A stretch of DNA of 64,000 nucleotides, taken from contig NOWV01000156.1 in assembly GCA_003344405.1 (NCBI GenBank), positions 62,001-126,000 of the forward strand. The letters are read 5' to 3'. The DNA comes from Trichoplax sp. H2 (Eukaryota). The notes beneath the pieces are model-generated. The model saw only the letters and a program-made list of their open reading frames with translations, did no database searches and was not told the DNA's origin. How positions within the stretch are numbered: position 1 is the stretch's first letter; each line of letters begins with the position of its first letter. Of this stretch, positions 1 to 11,700 are shown in pieces. Made by a program: the position numbers and the translations under genes.

Positions 1-3000
1 GCTCAAGGAAATGATTAAAATTTACGGTGTGTCTATTTTAATTATCTCCATAGTTTAATTTCATTTTTTCAGTACTGTATATGGATCAATTTATATATAA
101 TACTTTCTTACTTTTAGGCTAGAGTAATTGCTAGCATGATCTATTTCATTTTGTTTCTCTACGGTACTAATTAAAAGCTGCTAGCAGACGTTTTGCTACA
201 GTACATGATTAAGAATAACTTTCATAGCCAGATATATATTCTTTGTCTCGAAAAAATTATTCGAATTTATATGGTTTGCATATTATTTTAAGTGTTAGCT
301 ACCTAAATTCATGCGATTTCCAATAGTTCTTACAACAGACAATAATTTCCGAAGACCAAGACTTTCACGTAATTCCTAGAAAGTAATCAAAGTTTCAATA
401 TGAAATAAACAATTTTATTGCTTAATTTCTTCGCTTTTGAAATTATTGCACTATCATAATCTTTTTGTCTGTAAGTCTAAGTATACTGCAAACCTTGCAC
501 ACACTCTGGCAAAGTTTCAACATTTCCTTAATCATCGTTAAGTTGTCATCAAAGCTTGTAGCATAACATATATAAGCAAGCCGCTCGTTGAGAAATGGAA
601 TTTCAGACAATTTCATGATAAATCTGCATAATAAAATAGGGAATTATTAGCACCTAAAATTTTCTAAACGGTGAATTATAATTCCGGTATTAATAAATAT
701 TTATTGTGACAATAACTGGTTGTACAGTATAATTAGTAAATAAAGACAGCCATCTCCGTGGATGATATTAATATACACGCATCGCTATTAGAAGTTTATA
801 TTAGTATGTTGATATTTCTTTTACTCTTCTGGTTCATCTAGCGGTTGTTGCGGCGATTTTTTCATATGTTGTTTAATTTTATTGATTTCTTCTAATGTTG
901 GACGCTGAAGTAGACAAATATTGATAAAATATACCATAAAGTATTGCTGTTTGCTTACGATTCTCTAACTTACCAATCGGTATAGTGTCTGATACAGATC
1001 TTCGGGTAAAATGTTAATGTTGAGATTCAAAATCGCTGTTCACAGCAGAAAATGATCATTATATCAAAATGATGGTAGTTGAAACGGTTTGACCTTAAGA
1101 TTTAGCATATGTGAAAAATTTCAGAATTTAAAATGTACAAGTTCACTATATCATAGAGAAACACATTTGATGTTTGATTATCTTAAAGAGTGCCGGATTA
1201 CAACATCCTGGTATGATAAGATTTATTACCAGTTACGGTATATCTTGACGAGAATTTTAGGAATAAAGGCTTAATAGGTGACATGAAATTCGGGATTGCT
1301 TGTAAGATTTGTAGCTACATTAACGGAATATAGTAGACTGTAGGTACTTTATAAGCTTACAATTGAATATCTACACTCTATCGAAATAATTGAATAATAC
1401 CGGCATCTGTTAACTCACTCACATTCGTTCAGATGATTATGATTAAGATTTTACTTTTAAATGTATCATAGGGGTAAAAGAGAGGCTTTAATTTCGGAAT
1501 AGCATTCACCTTAACACCACACTGCATGTCTCTTACAGAGCTTAAACTTCTATCAACACCTCTAGATCTAAGTGACTAGAATGTAATTAGATTACCTCTA
1601 TTAAATACCTTGCCTAATTTCAGCGAGACTATAGCGTAATGTCTTCATAAATATTCCGATAGATTGCGATCTTTTATGGTCAAGATACTTTGCTCTTGAC
1701 TAAACAGATCAATAAAATGATAATTCCGATATAATTTTATAAAAGATAGATAATTTAATAAAACTTGATTAGCAGCTAATAAAGGCAATTTTACAGCTTG
1801 AAATTATTTATATTTCTCGACTAGGTCCATTAAGTCCATTATTATTTTATTATACATCTTACATAAGAAATGAAACTTTTAGTAGATTGAACCTATCTAT
1901 TTCTGACCGGTTTTATAGGTTGTCGATTTATCTTTCTGGTTTTACTTAAAGGTTTAGTCCGTGATGGGAATAGAATACACAATTCTGTATCATCTACTGT
2001 AATTTCAGGTAAAATTTGCCATACAGTTCGGTCAGTTCTAAAATCATAAATAATGAAATAAAGTAATTTCAAGAATTAGTTAGTACATCTTATTACAAGA
2101 ACTTACCAGATACCATTTTGCAATAGTATTGACCTACTGAGAACTTAGACTTGGGCACGGAATTCTAATTTTTTTCCAAAATATTGGTTTCAGTGTTATA
2201 GGTTGAGGAACTGTAAGAGATGGAGATGAAAAAATATGTACTGTAAGAAGTCAAATCGACTTTATTAGCCAGAACTACGTAAATTAGTTTCTATGCATAC
2301 TCGTATATCCACAAATGTATCAGCTATGTGAGAAAAACTCGTACTAATATAATTCCTCCTGAGATGGCGTTCATCTTAGTAGGAATTTTTAACTACTACA
2401 GCTAGCATAGTGCTTACAATTACCCTGTGTACAGCGTTGATGTTGCTGCGATAAGTCTCCAGCAGGCCTTGAATGCATTCCAATTTGTGGTAATGGAGGT
2501 GGAGGAATAGTTAATCCAGCTGAGGGATATTTGAGAACCGGTTACGGAAATTACTTGTAGCGAAGGATATTGAGGTTGAATTTTATTTTGCTCAAGGTTA
2601 CCGATACCTGATACTTTTGATAAGGATTTGTGTTGTTGTGGCTGTAGTGGTGGAGGTGGAGGAGGTGGTGGCTGAGGAGGTAGTGGTGGAGGCGGAGGTG
2701 GAGGAGGTAGTGGTGGAGGCGGAGGTGGAGGAGGTGGTGGCTGAGGAGGTAGTGATGGAGGTTGGAAGGTATCTGGCGACGATATAATTTTAAGATCATC
2801 TTTCTCTATCGCTTCTCAGAAATTGGTTTACAGAGAGAAGCATTTAAACAATGAGTCTCTTGAAAATCAGACACAGGAGTATGGGCTCACTGAAGAAAAT
2901 TATGCCTTGTAAAATAGATGCTTACTCTCGTTCGGATATAGATTTATGTTAGACGAGGTGGTATCAGGTGGCAATGGAGGAGGTATAGGTATTTCTGCCG

Positions 3001-4433
3001 TAATATTTTATTCACAAAGGTGTTAATTGGTATCAATTTTGTGAACATAGCTAAAAGAAGAAAGGGGCTCCATCTCTAATGTATAGGACAGCATATAGAA
3101 TCTGATCTCACCTTTTGATCTAGTTGAAAACTCAATGATAGTATCGGGATTGGGCAATTCTTCGTTATCATAGAGCGTTTTGTTATTTGCCAATTTTCGA
3201 AATGAGGGTGAATTAGAAATTGTCTTCTGGCTGAATTGTTTGTTTCGAGTTCCTAATGATGACGGATTAGTCGTTGTAATGACACTATCGATGTTGTTAG
3301 CTGATATTATGGGAGGTAAGCTGATCGATTGCATAGTGTCTTTTTGGGTTTGTTGAGCTACACAAGATACGAGATGACGGACTAAGTGTAAGTTGTATCC
3401 ATTTAAATTACAATATGAAAAGCTATCGATTATATTATTATAAGGGTACCAGAAGATGGATTACCGCTAGTCAACGGCCGCCCGACTGTCATTAATGATG
3501 TTTTAATATCCGAATTTTGATTGGAGCCAAGGTCTTAATGTACGTATTGAAAGATGATCATATTATAAATGGAAATAAAAAATTAGTCAAGTAAAGGTGA
3601 ATTTTCGATGACATACTACTGTATAATCTGCTAAGATAATGGATTGATAGAATTATATACCCTCAGATAATTTAGTATCATTATGGAATAATAGCCTTTC
3701 GGTATTGCTACTCATTGCAACATCCTTAAAAGGAAGTTTCGATTCACAAGTTTGAGTATCTGTTTTACTCTCGTCGACTGAAACCTTTTCATGATTACTT
3801 TTCCTCATCTGTAAGAGAAATAATTTAGGAATCCTCTCTATTTTTGATGTAACCTGAGATATTTATTTTATTTTACAATTCAGGAAATTATGGTAATGAA
3901 ATTATTTTGTCTCCTAAATTGTCTGTAGTTTAACTCAATATAAACCTTGTGTTTAGCACAATCTTATTTACCTTATAATTTAGTCCATCACTTAACTGAT
4001 TCGACCTTGAACGTAAACATCTGGGCAATGTATGATAACTGCGAATGGCGTGGCTTTCGAGATCGTTATGATTCAGTCCTAAAGGATAATTTTCATTTTC
4101 GTAAGATGAAATTAAAGGTGATAAGCTTTTACAAGAGTGGATTCTATTTTCATGACCTGATGATGGTGCTTCGTCTTCACGTTTTGATGTCGACTGATTA
4201 TCAATTTGACCATAGTTTTCGTGATGTTTTTCTGGTTGAACGTGGATCTGAATGGTGATATGAATAGATCCGCCAACGTTGTTGTGATGCCGCGTAAAGT
4301 TTGTAGTCGTAAAGATAGGAGGATTGCCATCGTGGCTGTCCTGCAAATTAGAATCATTATTGGCCATTCGACTATCCTGATTGCATGCGGTAGCATTGGA
4401 GCAGATTATAGAAGCAGCGTCATTTGTATTCAC
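1..4433 (-). CDS. FMN: Formin, FMN/Cappuccino subfamily (low-complexity N-terminus, FH1 polyproline, FH2). Multi-exon; the 3' end runs off the window.
   Basis: Spliced minus-strand exons translate to FH2 hallmarks: TLKPIFWKKIRI (~2130-2210), RTVWQILPE (~1910-2035), AKYLDHKRSQSIGIFMKTL (~1609-1700; compare FMN LLDGKRSQAVGILI), RPTLEEINKIKQH..PLDEPE (~826-904), FIMKLSEIPFLNERL (~495-622) and LRKLLSVVRTIGNRMN (~303-375). A polyproline FH1 lies at ~2643-2770. Upstream exons ~3972-4433 and ~3662-3808 join in phase. The start is uncertain (first ATG in that frame at 4367). Confidence 0.9.
2643..2770 (-). repeat. CCN-rich tract encoding the formin FH1 polyproline domain
   Basis: The + strand reads (GGA/GGT/GGC)n. 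The minus frame reads PPSLPPQPPPPPPPPPPLPPPPPPPP. Confidence 0.9.
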
Positions 4434-5828
4434 AATGATATGAGATTGAAACTGTTTTGATTATTGAAAAGTTGGTAAAAGGTGGTCGCAATTTGCTCAA
4501 ATTTGATAAGTTAGTGATGCTTAAATATTGAAATTTGTTTCTGCTATCCAATCAATTTAGCTTACAGTATATAGTTTCTCAATTTCCAAGATAAGGCAGT
4601 ATATACTGATAAGGATTTATCATTAATTAATTATAGATCTCATTGAATAACGACTGCAAAGGTGTAAATAACTTCAAGGTGTCAGTGATTTCATCATCAA
4701 TTTGGCTAGTACTATGTTGACGGAGATTATTTGCGATATCCGCTTTAAGGCGAAGATCACCGTGTACATGACTTCAATTATATGACTTTGCGGCCGGTAA
4801 ATTTTTGCTATCTGAAAGTGTTCCAATGCAGCCTAATCCACTTATTGTCGATTAGCTTTTATTCATGAGTATCACAACATAATGTTTTGCAAGTTTCAGT
4901 TGCTCAAGTATTATCATCAGGTTACTGGATTTATGTTTCTAAAATCTTGGATACTATTTGCTAGAGTCTACCCAATTAAAATATATTTACGCTCATTGTA
5001 GAAATTGTGCAGTAATATAGCAGTATCTGCGAAGATGATTTGCAATGTAAATTAGACTAATCGATAGTACAAGCGAATCCCCGTCAAAAGTATCAAGTTA
5101 ATCCTAGTATAACTGCTACGCGTCTACTACGATCGAATTTGATAACTATGCGTAATATTAAAGATGATTATAGTATACGATAAAGTTTAATCTATTGCAT
5201 CCTAGATTATAAATGATAGCTAAAATGATCTGAGATGTTATGTGTATTGTTCTATCATTCTGGATCGAATCCGCTGTTGATACGAAAAGACAACTTATGG
5301 TATCATGGCAAAATAGGGACTTGCTATAGCAATTGGCGCATCAATGAGAACTGTCTTCCCATATACTGGCAGCTTCAGTACATCCTATGCAGCTTTAGAG
5401 ATATGGACGTCTTTAATCTTCTGTATGATTTATTATCATGTAGAAGGAAATAGTGCAATACTGTCCATAATCTTGGGCATTACTTCGCTATTGTTACGTA
5501 TGGGCACAACATACGAATTCCCATTAGAAAGCTCGAGCCTGAATCACTAATCCACAATGTTAAAGAGGGATTGTAAGTACTCCTCCTTATCTATACTATA
5601 TATATATTTCACTTGGATATACTCTAACGAGCTGAAAATACAGTAGTCGACTGTGAACTATCAAATGCAAATGGATGACATTCATGGTCCGCATTTTAGT
5701 GAATCGGTTAGCAGTTCAATCCGCACCATTATGCATCAGTGCTCCATTATACCTGTCGATGGTTTGGTAGTTGAAACAATTGGATTGTATAGTCAAGCCG
5801 AAACCTACGGTGGCCCAGAACGGCCACA

Positions 5829-6010
5829 ACAGCAAGAGTAAAATGAAGACCCATCATGGTCAGTAATGAACGGCGACCTTGGTGTCAGTAAATACGGCTC
5901 CTGCGACAGCAATTGTAAAATGAAGCCCATCGCGGTAAGTAATGGACCGCGACCCTTGCTGCAAGTAATGCGCTACCGCGACAGCAAATAATTGGCGGCA
6001 AGTAATGGCA
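5829..6010. repeat. Degenerate tandem repeat, ~75-77 bp period, about 2.5 copies
   Basis: ACAGCAA anchors at 5829, 5906 and 5981. Copies 1 and 2 share GTAAAATGAAG(A)CCCATC..GGT.AGTAATG.AC..CGACC.TT. Confidence 0.7.
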
Positions 6011-6390
6011 AAGACAATTGCAAAGTGCTGAGGCAGCAAGTCAATATGAATTACAATGATGATTTAGTGGTGGAATCTTATTAAAGTCGAGACAGAACGT
6101 GGTTGTTAGATCCCTCCCTCCTTCATCTTATCGTATTCCGCTGGAACCTGGATTGACTGGAAGTTACATCACAACGGTGGCGAGACATATTTCCTACCTG
6201 TATAACCTAGCAGGATGGAAGATAACGGGTTAACGATAAGATCGAATTACTAGATACGGAATGCATAATATACTCTTTCTGTGGTAAGATATAGTGTTTA
6301 AATTTATAGCGATTGCACTCATTTCGGGTTCGAAAATCATCCATTTTATCGGGTTCGGGTAGCGTTTTCAGCCCATGGCAGAACCCTTGG

Positions 6391-6610
6391 TGTACAGTGT
6401 ACAGTACATTCCAGTATCAGTGTACTGTACTGTACGTACCGTACTACGTACTGTACAGTACTGTACTGTATAGCACTACTTTACAGTACGGTACTATGGA
6501 CTGTGTACTGTATGTACTGTACTGTACTGTACAGTGCATGTTGCGTACAGTACAGTACTAGGGACTTGTCATTGATAAATCATACTCTACTGTACTGTAC
6601 TGTACAGTAC
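6391..6610. repeat. TACAG/CTGTA pentamer-family low-complexity array (GTAC-palindrome rich)
   Basis: Dense TGTAC/AGTAC/TACTG units in both orientations, in the formin-stonin divergent interval. Confidence 0.9.
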
Positions 6611-6775
6611 CTTAAAAATGGTCAAATTTCAAAATTGTAATAAAGAGAGACTACGATTTTGAAATTTGACCATTTTTTGGGTGTGATTTATCATTGAGAA
6701 GCCCCTGACTCTCTTTATGGCGATCTTGAAATTTGACCATATTTGGGGCATGATTTATCATTGAGAAGTCGCTGA
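6559..6775. repeat. Foldback cluster of a ~67-bp unit: one inverted copy and two direct copies
   Basis: Perfect 22-bp inverted repeat AAAAATGGTCAAATTTCAAAAT (6614-6635) / ATTTTGAAATTTGACCATTTTT (6656-6677). Direct copies start at ~6654 and ~6721 (CGAT.TTGAAATTTGACCAT.TTT.GGG..TGATTTATCATTGAGAAG). Confidence 0.85.
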
Positions 6776-7086
6776 TAGTAGAGTACAAATAAAATGTGAT
6801 GGTGATGGATAGACTTTTATTACGGTACCGCTGTACTCTGCAGTCATTTTGCAACGTCTAGTACAGTACAGTACCACGTAAGGCTGTCATAAGCATTGTT
6901 ACAGTGTTCATTTTATATTTATAAAGGTTGTTACTTTTAGAGTAAGGCAAATACTGAAATAACAAATTGATATCAAATTGTTGAATAGAGCAACTTTACA
7001 AAATGATATTTTACCCAACAGAAATGAATGATTGATAGAGACATTATACGGTTAGAGATCACCAGAAAATCTCCTTCTTGTGGTCG

Positions 7087-7305
7087 ATACTGTACAGTGT
7101 ACAGTACGTGAACATTGTATTGTACAGTACTATAGCCGAGTGCAATGCACACTCCCCCGCGACGAGTGACGTACAGTACTGTACAGTACAGTATCGCCAT
7201 TCCAAACGCTGTACTGTACTGTGCAGTACACGTACAGTACAGTACTGTACAGTACAAGAAAATTGCCTAGAGTACTGTACATCGTACAACTGTACTGTAC
7301 TGTAA
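7087..7305. repeat. Second TACAG/CTGTA pentamer-family array
   Basis: Same composition as 6391-6610. Both contain TGTACAGTGTACAGTAC at their left end (6391 and 7091). Confidence 0.9.
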
Positions 7306-8760
7306 ACGCTAGGCAAATCTGACGTGATACGTTAACGGTCGGCCTGCTGTCTAGCGTAATCATTTCAAAAAGTTTCATGTTATTTTTAAGACTTTTTGGA
7401 GTGTTGTGATAGCTTAACATTTTCAGCGTAAAGAATTACACAACAACTGGATAGTCTTGTTTCTACTTTGTAGTCGTCAAACCAACACTTATACAGTACA
7501 AAACAGTAACAGTGTAGGCGCTGCTGAGTGACGAAACGTAACATTATCCTCTTTGAGAGAGTAGAGCACTTTACAGTATAAACTCGTGATATTCCACATC
7601 ACCAAGGAACAATGATTGACTTCACTGCCTGAAAATGAACCGGTAAGAAATTCACCCAAAATCAAGCCTTGACTGCTGCTGTACTTGGCAAAGTAACAAA
7701 TTGAATTCACCAATTTTTTTCTTAGCCATTTTTTAACTTCTCGACCACCATAGAGAGATACGATAGAAATAATTTACTGTTCTTGTGCAACTGGATTTTA
7801 TGTCTACAATACTGGATGCGTCCATGTTCTAGCACGCACGTCGCGTTAACGTGATTGACGGTAAGGTCGAGTCATTCGCTTGATGCGTCATGTAATCGAA
7901 TCATCCGACATTGGCGTCATCTCTCCTCGATCATGCCTTGTCCTTGCTACAAAAAAATGGCTGCCACTTTGATCCAAGACTACTGTATATATCCATCTCT
8001 AGTGGATGAAATAGGTCGTCCATTTTAATTTTGTCTTTGAAAATAGCTGTCTACCACTTTGTCCTACGTTCATGACCATGAAGCCGACGTGTAGTATGCG
8101 ATCGGTATTACCAAAGTAAATTTTTTTCAACAAAGATTGAAATTTTACAAAGGCAATCTCTGTTGTTTCTACATCATCCAGCTAGCCAACGATGGCGACT
8201 TTATTAGGCGTTTATAAGGAACCTACATCAGATTTGTAGTTAGTTCAAGGATGGTTTCAAATGAGAAAAATTAGGGTCAGTGTTGTAGTCCTATTGTACG
8301 GTACAATGATGGCTAAAAGTTGGCCTGAAATCATGAACGACATCTGCAAACACTGGATAGGCTTAATCCTGCCTAAGTAGAGTTGATCATCGATAGAAAT
8401 CATCAATTGAGATCGATAACCTTTTGATCAGAACCTGATCAAAATGAGATGCTTTAAAGTGTTTTAAATACAAAAGCAATTGATGTTGAAACATGTTCAT
8501 TTGAGACCTTGTTCTCAACCTATTCTACTTTAACTATTTATAGGGCAAGCCTGTGAGGTCATTCTCCATTTCAAAGTCACTTTGGGCCACTAGGAAGACC
8601 ACTTGATCTGAATTGTACTCCTCAGCGGCCATCAAGGCTACTAACGCTAGCGATAGAGACGAGTGCTACCCATACGTTCTGTGGTCCAAACCTTACTAAA
8701 AGCAAATTATAAAGCAATTGATAATTAATCAGTATTTGACAAAAATCGAGAAATTGAATT

Positions 8761-11700
8761 ATGGCCGATGATCAAGCCAATGCAAATGTCCACCCTATCC
8801 AAGAAGGGATACCCGGAGACAAAGACGGTAAGCTTTCAATATTCAATACTATTAAATCGTATTTAGTCCAAATGGATGAATGACAGGAATGGATGCGAAT
8901 CAGTACTGCTGCTAAAGCGAGACGATAACATCTGACAATTTGGGCATTTCAACATCTTCTGTAAAGTGTAATAGTAATTTTGGACGATGGTAGAAGGGTT
9001 TTAATTCACCTAGATTTAGTTGTTTATGCGTTGACTCATGTACATACTGTAAATGTTAAGTATCCTTGTAAAAAAAATAGAAATGCCACTATTAGAACGT
9101 AGAATCTGAATCGATCTATTCCTGTCAACAGCCATCTTAACTTGATGACAAACTAAACAGTAGTACTGTACCGCGTATTACTTATGCTATTTTAGTTTTC
9201 GTGCAACGCTTAGATTAATCGATTTCAAATATCAATTTTTCTTGTTATTTTTCTCCGAACGTTACAGTACATGATCACTTTAACCAATTTGTTGTATCCA
9301 ACCATTGAGGTCTATTTTCAATAGCTTCATTATTGACTTCCTTCTTATAAGGTAGTACTTTTTATTCACAAAGCGATCGCTTCTAAACAAAGATGTCTTA
9401 TACCCCCAAAATTCAATTATATCATCTATGATAGCTTTAGATTCGATCACATCGCGTCGCTATCATTCTAGGTGCGAGAGTAAATAGACGAATTTATTTT
9501 ATGTTATCATTGAAAAAACTGTATCATGGCCAACTGTTATAAAATAATTAGACAAGGGGGGGGGGGGGTTAGTTACTGCAAACAGCAATAGTCGGCTTTT
9601 CCTTCACAACACTATTGATAATATTGATCACTATTTGCCCTAGCTTGTTGCACTAATATTGAAACGATAATCATTTTATCGGAAGGTTTTTAATTGATTA
9701 ATGTATCTCCACAATCGTGATTTCATTCGACCATTTTGATCTTAACCTTCCATTTCCCTCTATCATAGTAAACACCTAATCTTGAGTCAGCAATCGTTGG
9801 AAGTTAGTGTTGTACAACATTTTGAATGAATAAGAGTACAACTGTCGCTTTTACGCTCTTATCAATCATTAGTGAATCACTATGTACGAGTAAATCGTTG
9901 TTGTTGTGAATGAATCAAAAGGAAGAAAAATGACTTTATCCAACTACATCGTAGCTGCAGCAGTAAGTGAAAGTTATTGATTATATTATGCAGTATTATA
10001 ATCTCATCATACAGTATAATAAATACTTGGTAGCTTGTAGTAGCAGAGATTACTCAAAAAAAAGTAGACCTTGTAGTAGCCACTAATGTATAATTTAAAG
10101 AATAATGCCTTTACCAAGTAATTGTTGTAAACTTTCTCTTTTAATACCTATTGACAATAGTTACGTATATTTTCACAGTGAATTTTAAAAAAGTAGAAAA
10201 ACTGCTATTATTAATTCTAGTTTGATTAGTACACGATCAGCTATTATGTTAAGTTGTTTTCGAAAAGCAATGGCGTAAATGGTATTTAGTTTGTTGACAG
10301 TTGGTATAAGTAGTCATGTAACATTATAGAAGTAGCAATATTATTAGCCTGAAGGAATGTCGATATCAATCTCAATGTACATCAGTGTACTGTATTATTT
10401 CGTTGCTGTTGCACTGTCATTAAATGATCACTGTGGATTAATTGATCAGTACAGCATCGACTATAAGATGGATGTCTGCTGGAATTTGAAGTGTAACAAG
10501 GATCTACGTATTGTATTCTGCAATATGCAGTGCTGTACTATGTATATGTACTAATGTACAGCATATCTGCTACACGGTCTTTTTTACCCGATAATTCTAC
10601 TAGCTTTTTTTTTCTTGAATGATTATAATGAAGGCACCACTAAACTAGAAATAATGTGATCGGTACTTTCATTAAGATTACATAACAGCTGCTCTGTACG
10701 TGCGCGGTAATATCAGTAATGTTACAAACTACTATCGTGTTCAAGCATAAAAATAAAATGGGTAATGCTATGAAATTATTTTTTCATTGGTTCTTTCTTA
10801 ATAATGCGTACGTGTATACCTTTCTATTTGATCATGATATTTTTATTTGCTCATTTAATACGGGAATTAAACAACAAAATACTGTACAAACTATCTTTTA
10901 TGGCTATTGTAACTATTGTAATGTATAATATATTTACGGTTATCCGTATTGCTTTTCAGGTATCTGTTGTGGTTTGTCAATAGTGCTATCGAATTTAGTG
11001 ATGATAAAAGTACAAGTATAAATTAATTGTTTAGCAGTAATTTCTAGGTAGCAAGCGTACATATGCGTACTTTTTTAAAATTGTAAAAGATACAGCGTAT
11101 GTATAATTTGTAGAGAATATGATAACTTATCAAGTTCTCTAGACTGACAAAAACAAAAAGATATTTCTTAATAACCCTTAAGTTACTTTTTAATCTCAAG
11201 ATACATATATAAATATAGATCAGTTACATTCGTTGATCCTCACCTAAACAATGAAATTGCCTTATTAGCAGGGTTGATGTGGGTTGATATATTACAGACA
11301 ACACATATACTCATCTAGTGCTTTATACATCGCCATTAATGGTCATATTGGATGATAAAAATAATTGGTAAAATTTATGCTGTCAATGCCTAGAAGTTCG
11401 GCGGCTAGAATTATAGACATTTACGCGTATACTAAGCAGTATGTCATCTTTCACATTATCCAACTTGTGCAATGCCCTACACAACGTATAATACTTGTAT
11501 CACTCACTATCACTACCGTTATATCAACCAGACATGTTAATATCAATAGGAATTATGCAGCCTGGTTTAATTATGTTGCAATTGTTGAACAACTAAAAAA
11601 GATTAAATTAATAAAAATTATTATTAAAGTATCCATTTTGCTGTCGCTAAAATTTTTAAGCTTCAATATTTGGAATCAATGGCTTCATTTTGAAGGTATT

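Noticed and set aside
2551-2799. His/Leu-rich 82-aa ORF
   Set aside because: It is an off-frame reading of the formin FH1 polyproline exon.
6313-7420. ORFs rich in YCTV/VQYS (also at 32823-33783)
   Set aside because: They are translations of the stop-poor TACAG/CTGTA arrays, open in several frames on both strands.
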